DNA from: Phoronis australis
Lineage: Eukaryota; Animalia; Phoronida
Reading direction: 5' to 3'
Length of the DNA: 64,000 nt
Assembly (NCBI GenBank): GCA_002633005.1
Contig: NMRA01000010.1
Span: 861,252 to 925,251 of the forward strand
Made by a program: the position numbers and the translations under genes. This document shows, in pieces, positions 36,501-47,860 of this stretch. The notes under the pieces were generated by a model. That model made no database searches, was not told the DNA's origin, and saw only the letters and a list, made by a program, of their open reading frames with translations. Numbering within the stretch: position 1 is the stretch's first letter; each line of letters starts with the position of its first letter.

Positions 36501-39500
36501 CAATACCGCATTATTTTAAATAAAAAACATACTACTGAGTTAAGGAACTCAGATTCTAACTACTTCAACAAAAGCATGTCTGACAACCTCAACTCACAAA
36601 CAAATCCAGACAGTTATTTTCCTAATTACTAACAATTAATATTTTTATATTAACAAAATTTCACGTCGTATGAATGGCACCAACATCAACTTACGGATTT
36701 CGAGTGTTCATATGAAAACCCGTCAACCCACTTTCCCACATTTCTGCCCATCTGTCATTGTCACGGAACACCGTGGCCACGCCATCCACAACCTGCTTGT
36801 GCTCATGTATGCTGTCACTAGACTCCGGTGCCGGAGCGGGAAACGTAACAGATGTGCTGTAAACAAATTACTATTAATGTACATTGATATCACTAATACA
36901 GACATAAGACATATTTCATTGATTCCACGATTTTGTCCTAAATGAACTCTGTTGATGCCCCGATCAGGTCTTGGAGTAGTTTCCTAACTATCCCAGTTAT
37001 ACTACAGGCCAGAAGTATTCAGACAAAACGAGTTAGTAACTCAACATAGCGGCTTGACAGGAGCCAACCTCATTGTTAGTAATGGTTTGAACTTTCCCCT
37101 CATGACCCAAAAAAAGAGGAATTAACAAAAAAGGTTAGTAAGATGGATAAGCCATTCTGCATAATTATAATTTTGTCCCATAGTTAATATCAGTCACTTT
37201 AGCTGTTAGCCAAATTGGCTCGGGGAAACGGTATCTTGCCTAATTCTTTCTTGCACTGCATCAAGGTCAAAAATAGACACCGGACAAGAACCGTGCTGCA
37301 TCGAACAAGGAGGTACAATTTGTTATGGGGGATGTATAGAATGACGACAAGAGGAATATCCTGTGGTAGTCCCTAAACTTTGCCAGATTCCTCGCATCTT
37401 CCAAACAATACAACTATTTGTTGCCATTGGAGAGAGCAGGAATAATATGAAAACAAAGATTCACAGCACAACAACATGCAAAGATCAATGGCTTGAGACT
37501 AAGACTGAAAATGCACAGGCAATATATCAAAAATGGAAAGTGCTCAGGCACTCATTTCCTGCTGTTGGTTACATACATTCTTGATACTATCAGGGCTGCC
37601 AATCCATTTAGCAAATGATCAGTAAACTTCACCCTAAAATAATATTTTATACTAATTAAGTGAAAACTTGAATGAACAAGTTGTAAAATTTTAGAAAATT
37701 TTGCACAGCAAATCAATCTCAATATCTTCTTGTAATTGCTCACCCACACCAATGTATTAGGGTTCTGAGAGCTGAAGTTGGCGTAATGAAATGCTGTAGT
37801 TTTCCCATTGTCAAAATGTACAGTAAAATTTTCCAATTTGGGACAGGCTCTAACTTTGGAACACAGAAATTCAAGGCAAAATTGAATTTTCTTGATTTTG
37901 GCATTCATATTTCTCAAATATCGACACTGCCTTTTGTTCCAACAGAGTCAGAAAACAAACACGAAGGTGAAAATAGCCACTAAAACATCACTGGGAACAT
38001 CGTGAGTATTTGCGTACCTTAAATGTCTCAGAGGTGCATTTGTCCTGTGCATTTTGCGCACTTCAATCATCACATCAAAAGGATTTGGTCAAGAGACGGC
38101 TAAAATGATGATTTCAACCTGTCAGATTTCAAACGTTGTACACGACATCACTATTAATCCTTAGTCTGCGTCCTGATTACTGTTAACTTGAAGCATCTGA
38201 ACCATCCTTAACAGCTCATTATTTAAATTGACTTATTTTCATTAAAACGACATGGACAAGAAATAGAATTTTGGGGCTCAAAAGTCGGGCCACTTATACC
38301 AATATAGAGATGCCTCGCTCAAAGGGGTCCGAAGAGCGGGGTGATCCACATTAATATAAGTAGACCCCCTTCTGTGACCCCTTCGACCGGGCCCTACCTA
38401 TATTAATACAGAAGAGCCCCACTTTCGCGGCCAAAATTCAATTTCTTGTCCATGTCATTTTCATAAGAATAAGTCATTTCAAATAATAAGCTGTTCAGCT
38501 TCCGTTTACTAATGATGTATCCCCTCCTCCTGTGACATGCGGAGTTATTTATGGATACAAGTGGGGAGATTGCCCCCAGAACTACATATGTGAGACTAGT
38601 TGACAACTTTCTACGAGTCAGAGCGAAAAATCACTGCAATCACAATCTACGACCTATCTCAGCCGTCTAAGAACATATGATAGACTACAGCCATCAGCTT
38701 TCTGAAGACAATTTCTCAGTAATTTGTCCCCACCTTGACAAGTGGAAAGACAGATTCGTGAAGCTAAAAAAATCCAAGTTAGTAAGCAAGTCTGAACAGA
38801 GATCCTGGCCTCGATCTTCCCGCTGAATAGTACTTTGTCGTACGAGAGGGGTTTCCTTCTTAAGCGATTCCCATGTTGCTGTTTTTAAGTGGGCAACATA
38901 AGGGGCACCAGTGGTGGTGAAACAAGTCCGTGAGATATGAACAAAACGGCATACATCGACATCAGAATAGGTACGTTGTTTTCTGCTCATTTTCACCTAA
39001 TCTCTTGCTTGAATGGACCACAGGAATATTCATTGTATCATTTTTCTTAAGCTTGTTATTACAAGGGAATCCCAGCACACTAGGAGTCACATGACTTGCG
39101 GTCACAAGTGTTGCCACAGTGAAGACATGAAACAACTTCAAGGGAGAATTTGACACTGAGGAAATATCCAAAGTATTCCGAATGGGTACGGATAGGCATA
39201 TGTTCTTGGTCCATCTGGCACCTTCAAACACTGGCATCTTTAAAGATATTTTTTGTGTTGAGGACACTTTGGAAGAGTGAGATGTAAATTGGGGCTCAAA
39301 ATTTGTAACATTTTAAAAGTCATACAGTGATTTTAGGCACTAAAAGTACATAGAATATGAGTAATTACGTAGCAGTTGGCAGCCCTGCACAAGTCCCATT
39401 TCGTGAATGAAAGAGCTCTTCAATAACAAGTCAGCCAATAATAACCGACCTTCAGTTGGTTTTATGTTCTTCATTATCAATTGAACAATGGCATATAGAC

Positions 39501-40465
39501 TACAAACGTTAGTGGAATCCACTGCTCTTCATTTATCACTTTGTGAAAACGGGCACTGATCCGTCGCCTACATTCTATTACAGGAATACACCCAGTTGTG
39601 GGATATGAAAAATCAACCAATAATGAAAGGAGGTAAAAAATATCTGACAGGGCCAAGTACACCCATGCCCCCAGAATCCTAGGGGTTGAAAATGCTTGTC
39701 TAATCATGAGGGAATAAACAGATGCCATCGAAATGGAGCTTGAACAGAAAGAGTTTTCCTCTACATTGCGACAAATCATCAATCTTATGATGGGAATTTG
39801 TTAGACAAGTGATAAGAAATCTTACAAACCTTCTCACTTTAAGCAGGTAATAGATGGCATTAGCGTAAGTCAGGTTAAACAATTTTACCAGCATTTCAAA
39901 AGGTTGAGTTTCCAGATGATCAATGTGAAAATTCTCGCCTGAAATGACACCACACAGGAATGACGTATGAAAATTTTGGAAATTAACCATGACTTCACCT
40001 CAATTCACCTCAAATGAAAACCATCGAGAATATTTTGGACACATAGTATGTTCATAAAATGCAAACAAGGAAAGCCACCCAAATCATAAAAAGAGCACAC
40101 AGAGCCAGACTAGTCAAAACTAGTTAAACAAACTACTAACTAAACTAGCTATTCAAGTTGGTGAAGAGTCAGCTGAACTTATGAATCATAAGATTTCCAG
40201 ATCTAATAACTTGACACCCTTGATAACAAAATATTTCACACAAACTAAATTTGCAAAGTATTCATATGCGCCCACAATGCACAGCAAATGGTATGTTTCT
40301 AGTGGTGCTTTTAAGCACCACTAGAAACTAGCACCACTAAACATTAAAATAGTTTAATGTAAGGTACAAAGGGACAAAAATTTGACCACAAGATGGAGCA
40401 AACAAAGTCACAATTGACAAAAAGTGTTGACACCTCACCTTAAAACTAACATTATATCAAAAAGC

Positions 40466-40508
<43 letters not shown>

Positions 40509-43500
40509 GGCGTGGGCGTGTGTGTGAGCGCATAAATAATTATTTCCAGCTTTAGGCTAGTTACAATACTTTGCCTCTCATATTTAGAAATATAGTAAAA
40601 ACAGAAGTGATGGCACTGGATTAATCACAATGGATTCAAACTTCGAAAATATTATCCCAGCAAAACACAGTACCGTAAATCTTGTCTAGATCATCGCGGA
40701 ACACAGCATGTGGACCAGAGAACTTTTCATCACCATAGGGGTGCTCAAATGCTTCCAGTAAGCAGGCGCCATTTGGTGACAATAAAGAGTACATCAGTTT
40801 GGCATATCTGTAAAGAGCATATCAGAAGTTTTATTGGGCATTGCAATGTGAAGAAAATGCATTAACTCACAATTATATTAGTGTTGTTGCAATATTTGAA
40901 CAAGGCATCAGGTCAGACTCAACAAAGATGGAACACAATTTATTGTTGTTATTTCCAAACATTGGCTTTTTGTGTGAGTCAGCTAGAACATTTCTGATAT
41001 AATGCCAAGTGAAAGAAATTTTACAGCATGACTGTAAGAAATTTAAAAACACCAATTTTTTGGCCTTATCACATTATCCAGAAGACCTACACCAGCAAGG
41101 ATCAAATGGATAAAATTTAATTTTTTCTGGTATTTTTACAAAATTGATACGACCACCTCAGATTATGCAGCGATAGAGCTCTCGTTAACCCCAGTGGTAA
41201 GAAATAGCGTAGTTTCCACTCGCTTCATTTTGGAACGTGAGGAACAGTTTCACAGGTCATGTCGGAAACCGCCGAAGTGTATGTCCATTTGAAACTTTGG
41301 GAATTAAAAAGATTATCATCTTAAAGGATTGTGTTCAGTTCAGAAATTGCTTTGTGCACTCGCTCCAAATTTTCTTGTCTTTTATAGATGTTGGAATAAT
41401 AAAGAATATCTCAGGCCTCCACAGATATTTATGAACTTTATCCAACTCTCTCCCGTCGGAGTTACAGCCCACAGCACAGCAGTAACACTTCATTTGCATT
41501 GACAGGACAGGTAGAGAGATCAGCAGAGAAAAACAGGTAAAAAATACAAAAATAAATAAGATGGGTCCCAAATGGCGCAAAAACAAATCCAAACAAAAGT
41601 GCTTGACGCATAAAGTAAATACAGCAGGATTCGAATGTCACAGTGCAATCCAGTATGACTCTAATGCAGAACTAAGAAAAAATAATTAAGGCCATTAAAA
41701 TGAGTAGAAATCAATCCGTGGAATACGACCATTTTCTTAGTTTTAAGACTTCTAATTGAGCTTTAAAAATGATGACTTTGGCACACGTTGTTGGAAATTC
41801 CCACAGCCAGGTAAGTCTGTGATAACTTTGATGCTTAGACGGCACTGTAATCGAAATAGTTTCATTCACATATCAAAAAGTGACCTAGAGTTCCCGAAAT
41901 CCACATCATGTTGTTTCTCCCAAAGAAGATATTATTAGCTAAGGGTATGACTATAGTATTGGTGGTATGCCCGAAAACCATATAAAAGATGTTATTTATT
42001 GATAAAATGCGTGTGAATCCTATATGTGTAACCAGGGATTCGCCTCGGAAGAGCTGTCACATTCAAAACGCCCAAGTGCCGTCATTTGGCGATCATGACT
42101 TCAGTTTTATATTACAATGCCGACAACGTCGTTTTTAAATCCCATTGAAAACATATATTTTGAAAATATGGGATAACAGTTGTCCTACCCTGACATCTTT
42201 TTGGCATTTCATAGGAGTTGAGTGTTGCAGACCAAAAACTGCTTCAACGAGCTTTCTGCAATGGGGCATCCTTGCATCAGAAAAAACTAATCTCTTTTAA
42301 TTCAAAGAAGATAACAAATGAATATAAACACACACACACACACACACACCTCTGCCTGTCTTGTAAATTGATAGCTACTAAAGAACCCCGATCAAAAATG
42401 GCATCAAAAGAACTTTCCACCTCACTGAAAAGAAAGAAAGTGGACAATGGGAATTAGACAAATCACAAACAAATTTCACATCAGCGACTGGGTTTAAAAA
42501 TCATGCTGTGAAACCTTTGTTATAAATCACTTTTGAATACTATTTATTAAGAACCGCCTAATACAGAGCAAACTTTAGCAATCTTTAATCACGACGTGAA
42601 AACAATGAATTTTTGAACTGACAACCAAGCAAGAGCAACATGGATCGTTGAAATGCACCCACGAAGGCACCGCGCAAACGGTGTGCTTCTAAGGGTGTTT
42701 ATTTGTATCACAGAAATGGCCACAAGATGGTGCAAAATAGTTGAATCCATACAAAAACAGGAACTTGTCATCGCTTCTTTAATAGAAATCTATTTATTAA
42801 AAATCATATAAATCTGTCACGAACTTCGGAGAAACAGAGGAAAACGGAAAAAAACGAAATTGCCACTAGGGGGCTATGGGCTCAAAATACATAACTGCCA
42901 CAAGGAGGCGCCACAGTAGTAGAAGTTGTCGGAAAATCATCATCAACCGCCCTCTTCACACTAAGAACATATAGGCCAATTTCCACAATCATACATAAGA
43001 GTTATATGGCTGATAGAGGGACAGACGCAAAAAAAAACTAAAAAACAGTAAAAATGGCCACTAGATGGCACAAAATACGTCGAATCCATCCAAAAACAGG
43101 AACACGTCATCCTTTTAATAGGAAGCTATTTACCAAATTTCATAAGAATCCATCAAGGAGCTTGAATTAGAGAAAAAAGAGGAAAACAAAAAACTAAATT
43201 GCCACTAAGGGGTACAGTGTTTCGTTGGATTCGTTTGAAATTCGTCGCCGTCCGTTGTCAACTTCAAATAAATGCACTTGCTAAATACATTTGCTAAATT
43301 TTAAAAAGATCTTGTAGAGGGTTTAAGAGATACAGCCATGGGCGCGAAAACAAACAAAACTGCCACTAAGAGGCGTCACAGTATTCTAAGTCGTCAAGCA
43401 AATCCTCGCCAGCCGTCTTTTTCACAGTAAAAACGGACGCCGGAAGGATTGATGGGGTTGACGACATAATGCGTCCATGTATAAATATGTTGGCGCATAA

Positions 43501-46500
43501 TTATGATTTCAGAGATCAAAAATTGCTTTAATAATGTCAGCTGTAAAACAAAGTTAACTCCAGTAGCTGAACCATAAAATTCCATTGGTTTGTTAAAATC
43601 TACCTTGAAAAGTCGAAGAGATCACCGCAGTATAGTCTTATCAGGCCATCCAAACTCTGAAAAGACAATCGCAGTTTATCTTTAAAAATAAACAGGACAA
43701 TCATAAAATTCAATTAGACTTGTGGCCAAAACAATCCGCAACTAAATATCAATTGATTTTCGACTAAAATCTTGACTGTTGTTGCCACGTGCACGCTGTT
43801 GAAATTGTATAAAATGTAATTACCACCTAGGTGGAATAACATCAAATTAAAATCCAACAAAAACGCTATTTTATTTTAAAAAAATCTACTTAATTCTGGC
43901 CATACGTTTACACAGTTTGACAAAGTCTGTCGAGGTTCTGTCAAAGTCTGCCCGAATTCTGAGCTGTAGGAGCTTCAAATTGGTTTCACAAATACTTCCC
44001 TCTGGTAATTTATACAAATGAACTTATACAAATGTAAAAAGTTCCCGTGTTTAAAGTTACACATTTTTGAGTAATTTGCCAATAAACTTGGTGAGAAGTG
44101 ACAAAACGTTGATGTGCAATGCTTCATTATTAATAAAAATATTGTCTCTGGCATTTTAAACTCATCGTCATTTGTCACCAGCTTCATAGGAACACATCTG
44201 TCAAATCTGGAAGGCATTTACGAGATATAGTAGTGAACGCCCAACAGAGATGACAGCAATATGCACCCACATGATGAATATGGGAGTACTAAGCAAACCT
44301 TGTAGACTTTCCCCTTGTATGATTCACAGTCTTCCAGAGTGTACTTCAAATTCTGTTCCTTGAAGAAGTCTTCAATAGCTTGCTGAACATACTCTACTCC
44401 TACTACTGTGTGACCGAGTTCAGCTAACCTGAGTATGTTAATATGAGTGTATGAGCCAACATATTCAAATAAGCATTAGCAACAAGAATGACCTTGTTAG
44501 AGGCTCTACACTTAACCTATCAAAAACTCTGCCCCTCGCGAAAAGTCGACAAACAATAAGTTTTACCCGACAACGTGTTGTTTGCCAGGTAAACTGACAA
44601 CTTGGAAACGAAGGTCTGTCAAGAATGGTGTGTTCTAATTGGTCAGATAACCAGTCATTCAAAATCTTGGGATAGGTCAATTAATGACTAACCATTTGTG
44701 AAACAAGAGCAACGAAATTTAACCACATCAATGCTTTTAGTTTAAATCCATGATAACATTGTTCTTAGAACAAGGACTACACCAATGGGAAAGAACAAAG
44801 AGCATATTCTTAAGACAATTTATTTACCTAAACATCATTCAACAAAGAATGGACTCACCGGAGACAGCCCAAGAGTTGTTATCTCTGCGGGGAAGGATGT
44901 TAAAGTTGAGTCTCCGATGAGTTGCCATCAGTCACTGGTACGGTGCGCGGCTTTAGACGCTCTGCGGCTGGGTTAAAGATCTTTTATAGGCCTAACTATC
45001 CCCAATTCCCGTACCAGGATGAATTTCAAAAATAACTTGACTTGGCTGCGTCAGATGTGATATGCGACGTTGATGTTTATTTGTTCACAAAAATCCCAGT
45101 TACATAACAAGTTAGGTACTTTTGATTAAATGACTAATACCATGAAAATTTGCACCGGGAGAATTTGTATTGGAGTATTTTTTATCGATCCCGTTAGCTA
45201 AAACTGCCAGAAATTATCAACAGCACCCCTTGAATACCACGACATAATATCAAAGAATACAGCCAAAATGTGAGAACTTGTATCACTAACTCGTGATATT
45301 TTTATACAAACAATGTATTCGAAATAATAAATCATCCAAAATTACCACTTCATATCGACAGCTTTTCCACACATTGGAAAGAAAAACTTGACGAGCTTCC
45401 TGTTGGTCAACTTGTCTAAATACTTCACCAGTTGTCTGAAAAACAAATGAGCACTGTAAACAACGAAAAATATTAATTTACAAACAGATGCCAACACCAG
45501 GTGATCAACCACAGACAAACAGATGAACAACAAGTTCAGAGTTATTGATATGTATCAAATCAGAGAATTTGTTAAGCATCTGCCATTGGACTGGTTCCGA
45601 TTTATTATCAGAATGTCAGATTGATTTTACTTGAGTCCAGACATCTGCCCGAATCGTTTCTGGGAATGGTGTAGACAGAATTAGAGCTCTTTGCCTTTCA
45701 TGATTCAAGTTTTTCATTTTTCTCTGCTGACAGAGACCTATCTGTATGTCTTTGTTGCCAATCACTTTAGCCAAAAGTTACATAGCAATAGTCCAATTTC
45801 ACTGGATGTAGCTTGTGCTTTTCTCACTTAGACGAATACCAGTGGTTGCTTTTGCTACATTCCTCCTGTCGTCAGCCAATTGAAATTAAGCTCATCTCAT
45901 GAATTTGTAAGGACTTGGGTGATCCACGAAATCCCTGCGAAAAAGTCATTCCGTTCACAGCTCTTTACTTTGACATCGGCAGTACGCGGCATTTGCATTT
46001 TCGAGGAGTGTAACTCCGGCATTTTGGATAGCCAGTGTAGTCTATTTCTCCCATTTCGAAACGCCATGCGCATTCGGCAAATTGTAGTGAACATTAAGTC
46101 ATGTCGTCTGCAGCCAATAAGCCTAAAAGATTGGATTATTTTACAAACCGAGAGATGTTCCAAGCATAAACGTTCATTCAGATATTGATACGACAGATAA
46201 TCCAGTTCCTGAACCAGATCGTGGTGATAATGTACGTCAGCCAATGAAACGCAAATTTGCATGCAATGAACGCAGGACCTTCAAAGTACCAGATTTTTAC
46301 ACACAACATCAGCATCTGAGTTCCTGTAATTCACTCCAAAATTGAGAATAGTTGGTTCTCAACAGGAAGAGTGAGATTGGAATGGCATAACTACAACCTT
46401 TTGACAATCCAGTGAATGTATTTCTAGAAATATTTGTTTTAATTGCCCTTAATATCCCGTCCACTTACATGGAAAACGCACATGAATTGGCGTGTTTACT

Positions 46501-47860
46501 CTACCTAATTACATATTCAAGATGTTGGACGAAACCGAGGATTCGATGTTGTGCAGTTTCTGAAAGGAATTTTGGTTGTGTAAAAAGTTATACCATTGTC
46601 TGTAAAAACTTCAGAATGTTGAATTTTGACCATAAGAAACCGATGCGCAAGCCATGGGACTGAGAGAAAACATAGCCCGACTGCCACTCTACAACATGTA
46701 TGATAAAAAAAACTTAATGGGAAGATGGAATATTGCAGATGAAAAGTTTGTACCCCTGTAAGATTTTTTAGCTTAGTCGATGTTGACTTCATTGGTATGA
46801 AAGTAAGTGAGTGTTTCCACATACTGTATCAAACACATCTGTATAGACTTCTTTTTCCCTGGGGTTTTCCAATGCTGTGTGAGCTTACATCATCAATGGG
46901 TGTGTTACTGATGTACAAAGACTTTTATTTGTACTTCAAGCAATTGGCGCATGTCTCTGGTCCATACGTTCATCAGCAGTGCCCATCAGTGTCACATTGT
47001 AGAAACACTGCTGGTGTTTTGATAATCAGCGGCTGAGGAAAAGACCAAGAATTTGAACTCCAATCAGCTGTAGGCAAACCATTAAACACAATTTGTATAA
47101 ACTGGCATATTTATGTCTACTTGAATTTGGAGTATAACTCCCTTTTAAAATCATTGAACAAATAAAAGGTTTATGTTACGTCAATGGCAACTTATTCCCA
47201 TTTAACAGTACTCTCCTATACGAGGGGTGTATAAACCACTGCATGGCGCTGCAGCCAATAGGGTACTGATGCAGTGCCAATGCTGGTAGGAACAAGGCTT
47301 GCTCGGTATGAATTTTTGGAAAAATTGAACTCGCACTTAAGGAATGCAGTATAAATCTTTCCTGCAAAGGCGATTTTTGTCTGCCTGATTTTCAAAATGT
47401 ACTGACAATTCAGGAAAAATGTCCACGATCTACAGAAAATAGCAAAACCTTTGCCGATGTATTGACTATCTTCTTCATACAATTGTTGAAACACTAGTGT
47501 CTGGTTTTCCCCTGAACTTTGGCTACTGCTGAATGTTCAAATTTCAAGAAATGGGAAGGGTTGCAAGGACCACTTTTTCCTACCGTTTGAGTAACCCAAA
47601 AACTGCTAGTATTTCACTAGATCACTCAGTGACACTTCAAAGGGCAAAACTTACGGATGCTTTTCACTACTATGGAACCCAATGTCTCCATTCTTCCAGC
47701 TATCAATCCAGACGTCAGAGTGCATATACTTTATCTTGACACCATCAAAGACTTTTACATGTGAATCAGCTTGTTTCCCTACTCTGAGAAAACAAGCACC
47801 AAGTTCGACCTTCATCTTTATCGTTGTCAATTGAGCTGAATGTATTGACAACATTCTCAT
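30434..47860 (-). CDS. TPMT: Tandem two-domain TPMT-family methyltransferase, copy 2 (14 exons, ~515 aa; start codon uncertain)
   Basis: Join(-): 47655-47860, 45346-45435, 44299-44428, 43604-43656, 42350-42424, 40674-40807, 39830-39938, 36695-36856, 36200-36289, 35243-35372, 34234-34286, 32998-33072, 31420-31547, 30434-30546. All open, GT-AG, and the same lengths as the copy 1 exons except exon 1. Confidence 0.9.
31420..31547 (-). CDS. TPMT: TPMT copy 2 exon 6B
   Basis: YVSLIQSLVAPDGVIFVQTFEYPDDRVISPFNVTRKDLEVLFG. Confidence 0.92.
32738..32806. repeat. 14-bp tandem repeat TTACC(C/T)AAAA(C/T)ACC x ~5
   Basis: Direct reading. Confidence 0.85.
32998..33072 (-). CDS. TPMT: TPMT copy 2 exon 5B
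   Basis: SLEGHFDVVIDRAALVAVNRSERE; ttctag|...|gtatgt; 75 nt. Confidence 0.92.
33124..33360. mobile_element. Short GC-rich MITE (CAGTGGCAGATCTAC...GTAGATCCGCCTCTG termini)
   Basis: 15-bp imperfect TIRs, internal GGGGGTTTAAACCCCC hairpin. Confidence 0.7.
34234..34286 (-). CDS. TPMT: TPMT copy 2 exon 4B
   Basis: SDDGRTKIYCGDFYDFS; GT-AG. Confidence 0.9.
35243..35372 (-). CDS. TPMT: TPMT copy 2 exon 3B
   Basis: VADLGHTVVGVEYVQQAIEEFCSEQGVDYTVDESTQYSGKLFK. Confidence 0.92.
36200..36289 (-). CDS. TPMT: TPMT copy 2 exon 2B
   Basis: MLVKYLDKLVGNHKAKILFPFCGKSVDMKW; GT-AG. Confidence 0.93.
36695..36856 (-). CDS. TPMT: TPMT copy 2 linker + exon 1B
   Basis: TSVTFPAPAPESSDSIHEHKQVVDGVATVFRDNDRWAEMWESGLTGFHMNTRNP; tttacag|...|gtaagt. 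Confidence 0.88.
38210..38495. mobile_element. ~285-bp MITE, family shared with 55312-55590
   Basis: ~60-bp TIRs aacagctcattatttaaattgacttatt...catggacaagaaat / atttcttgtccatg...aagtcatttcaaataataagctgtt. Confidence 0.8.
39830..39938 (-). CDS. TPMT: TPMT copy 2 exon 7A (no stop)
   Basis: ENFHIDHLETQPFEMLVKLFNLTYANAIYYLLKVR; AG|gtttgt. Confidence 0.85.
40471..40526. repeat. (TG)n microsatellite
   Basis: Direct reading. Confidence 0.95.
40674..40807 (-). CDS. TPMT: TPMT copy 2 exon 6A
   Basis: YAKLMYSLLSPNGACLLEAFEHPYGDEKFSGPHAVFRDDLDKIYG; GT-AG. Confidence 0.9.
42350..42424 (-). CDS. TPMT: TPMT copy 2 exon 5A
   Basis: EVESSFDAIFDRGSLVAINLQDRQ; donor gtgtgt. Confidence 0.9.
42622..43503. 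mobile_element. Interspersed repeat insertion with internal ~150-190-bp subrepeats carrying GCCAC(T/A)AG...GGC motifs
   Basis: Absent from the homologous intron of copy 1. Starts aagcaagagc, hairpin gaaggcaccg..cggtgtgcttc, ends ggcgcataa like the related element ending at ~1000. Related fragments at ~16480-16860 and ~19830-20200. Confidence 0.65.
43604..43656 (-). CDS. TPMT: TPMT copy 2 exon 4A
   Basis: SLDGLIRLYCGDLFDFS; GT-AG. Confidence 0.9.
44299..44428 (-). CDS. TPMT: TPMT copy 2 exon 3A
   Basis: LAELGHTVVGVEYVQQAIEDFFKEQNLKYTLEDCESYKGKVYK; GT-AG. Confidence 0.92.
45346..45435 (-). CDS. TPMT: TPMT copy 2 exon 2A
   Basis: QLVKYLDKLTNRKLVKFFFPMCGKAVDMKW; GT-AG. Confidence 0.93.
47655..47860 (-). 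CDS. TPMT: TPMT copy 2 exon 1A (MRMLSIH...HVKVFDGVKIKYMHSDVWIDSWKNGDIGFHSSEKHP)
   Basis: 3' part matches copy 1 exon 1A; donor CC|gtaagt. 5' boundary uncertain (ATG at 47860 after tttcag, or phase-2 acceptor at 47783). Confidence 0.7.
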
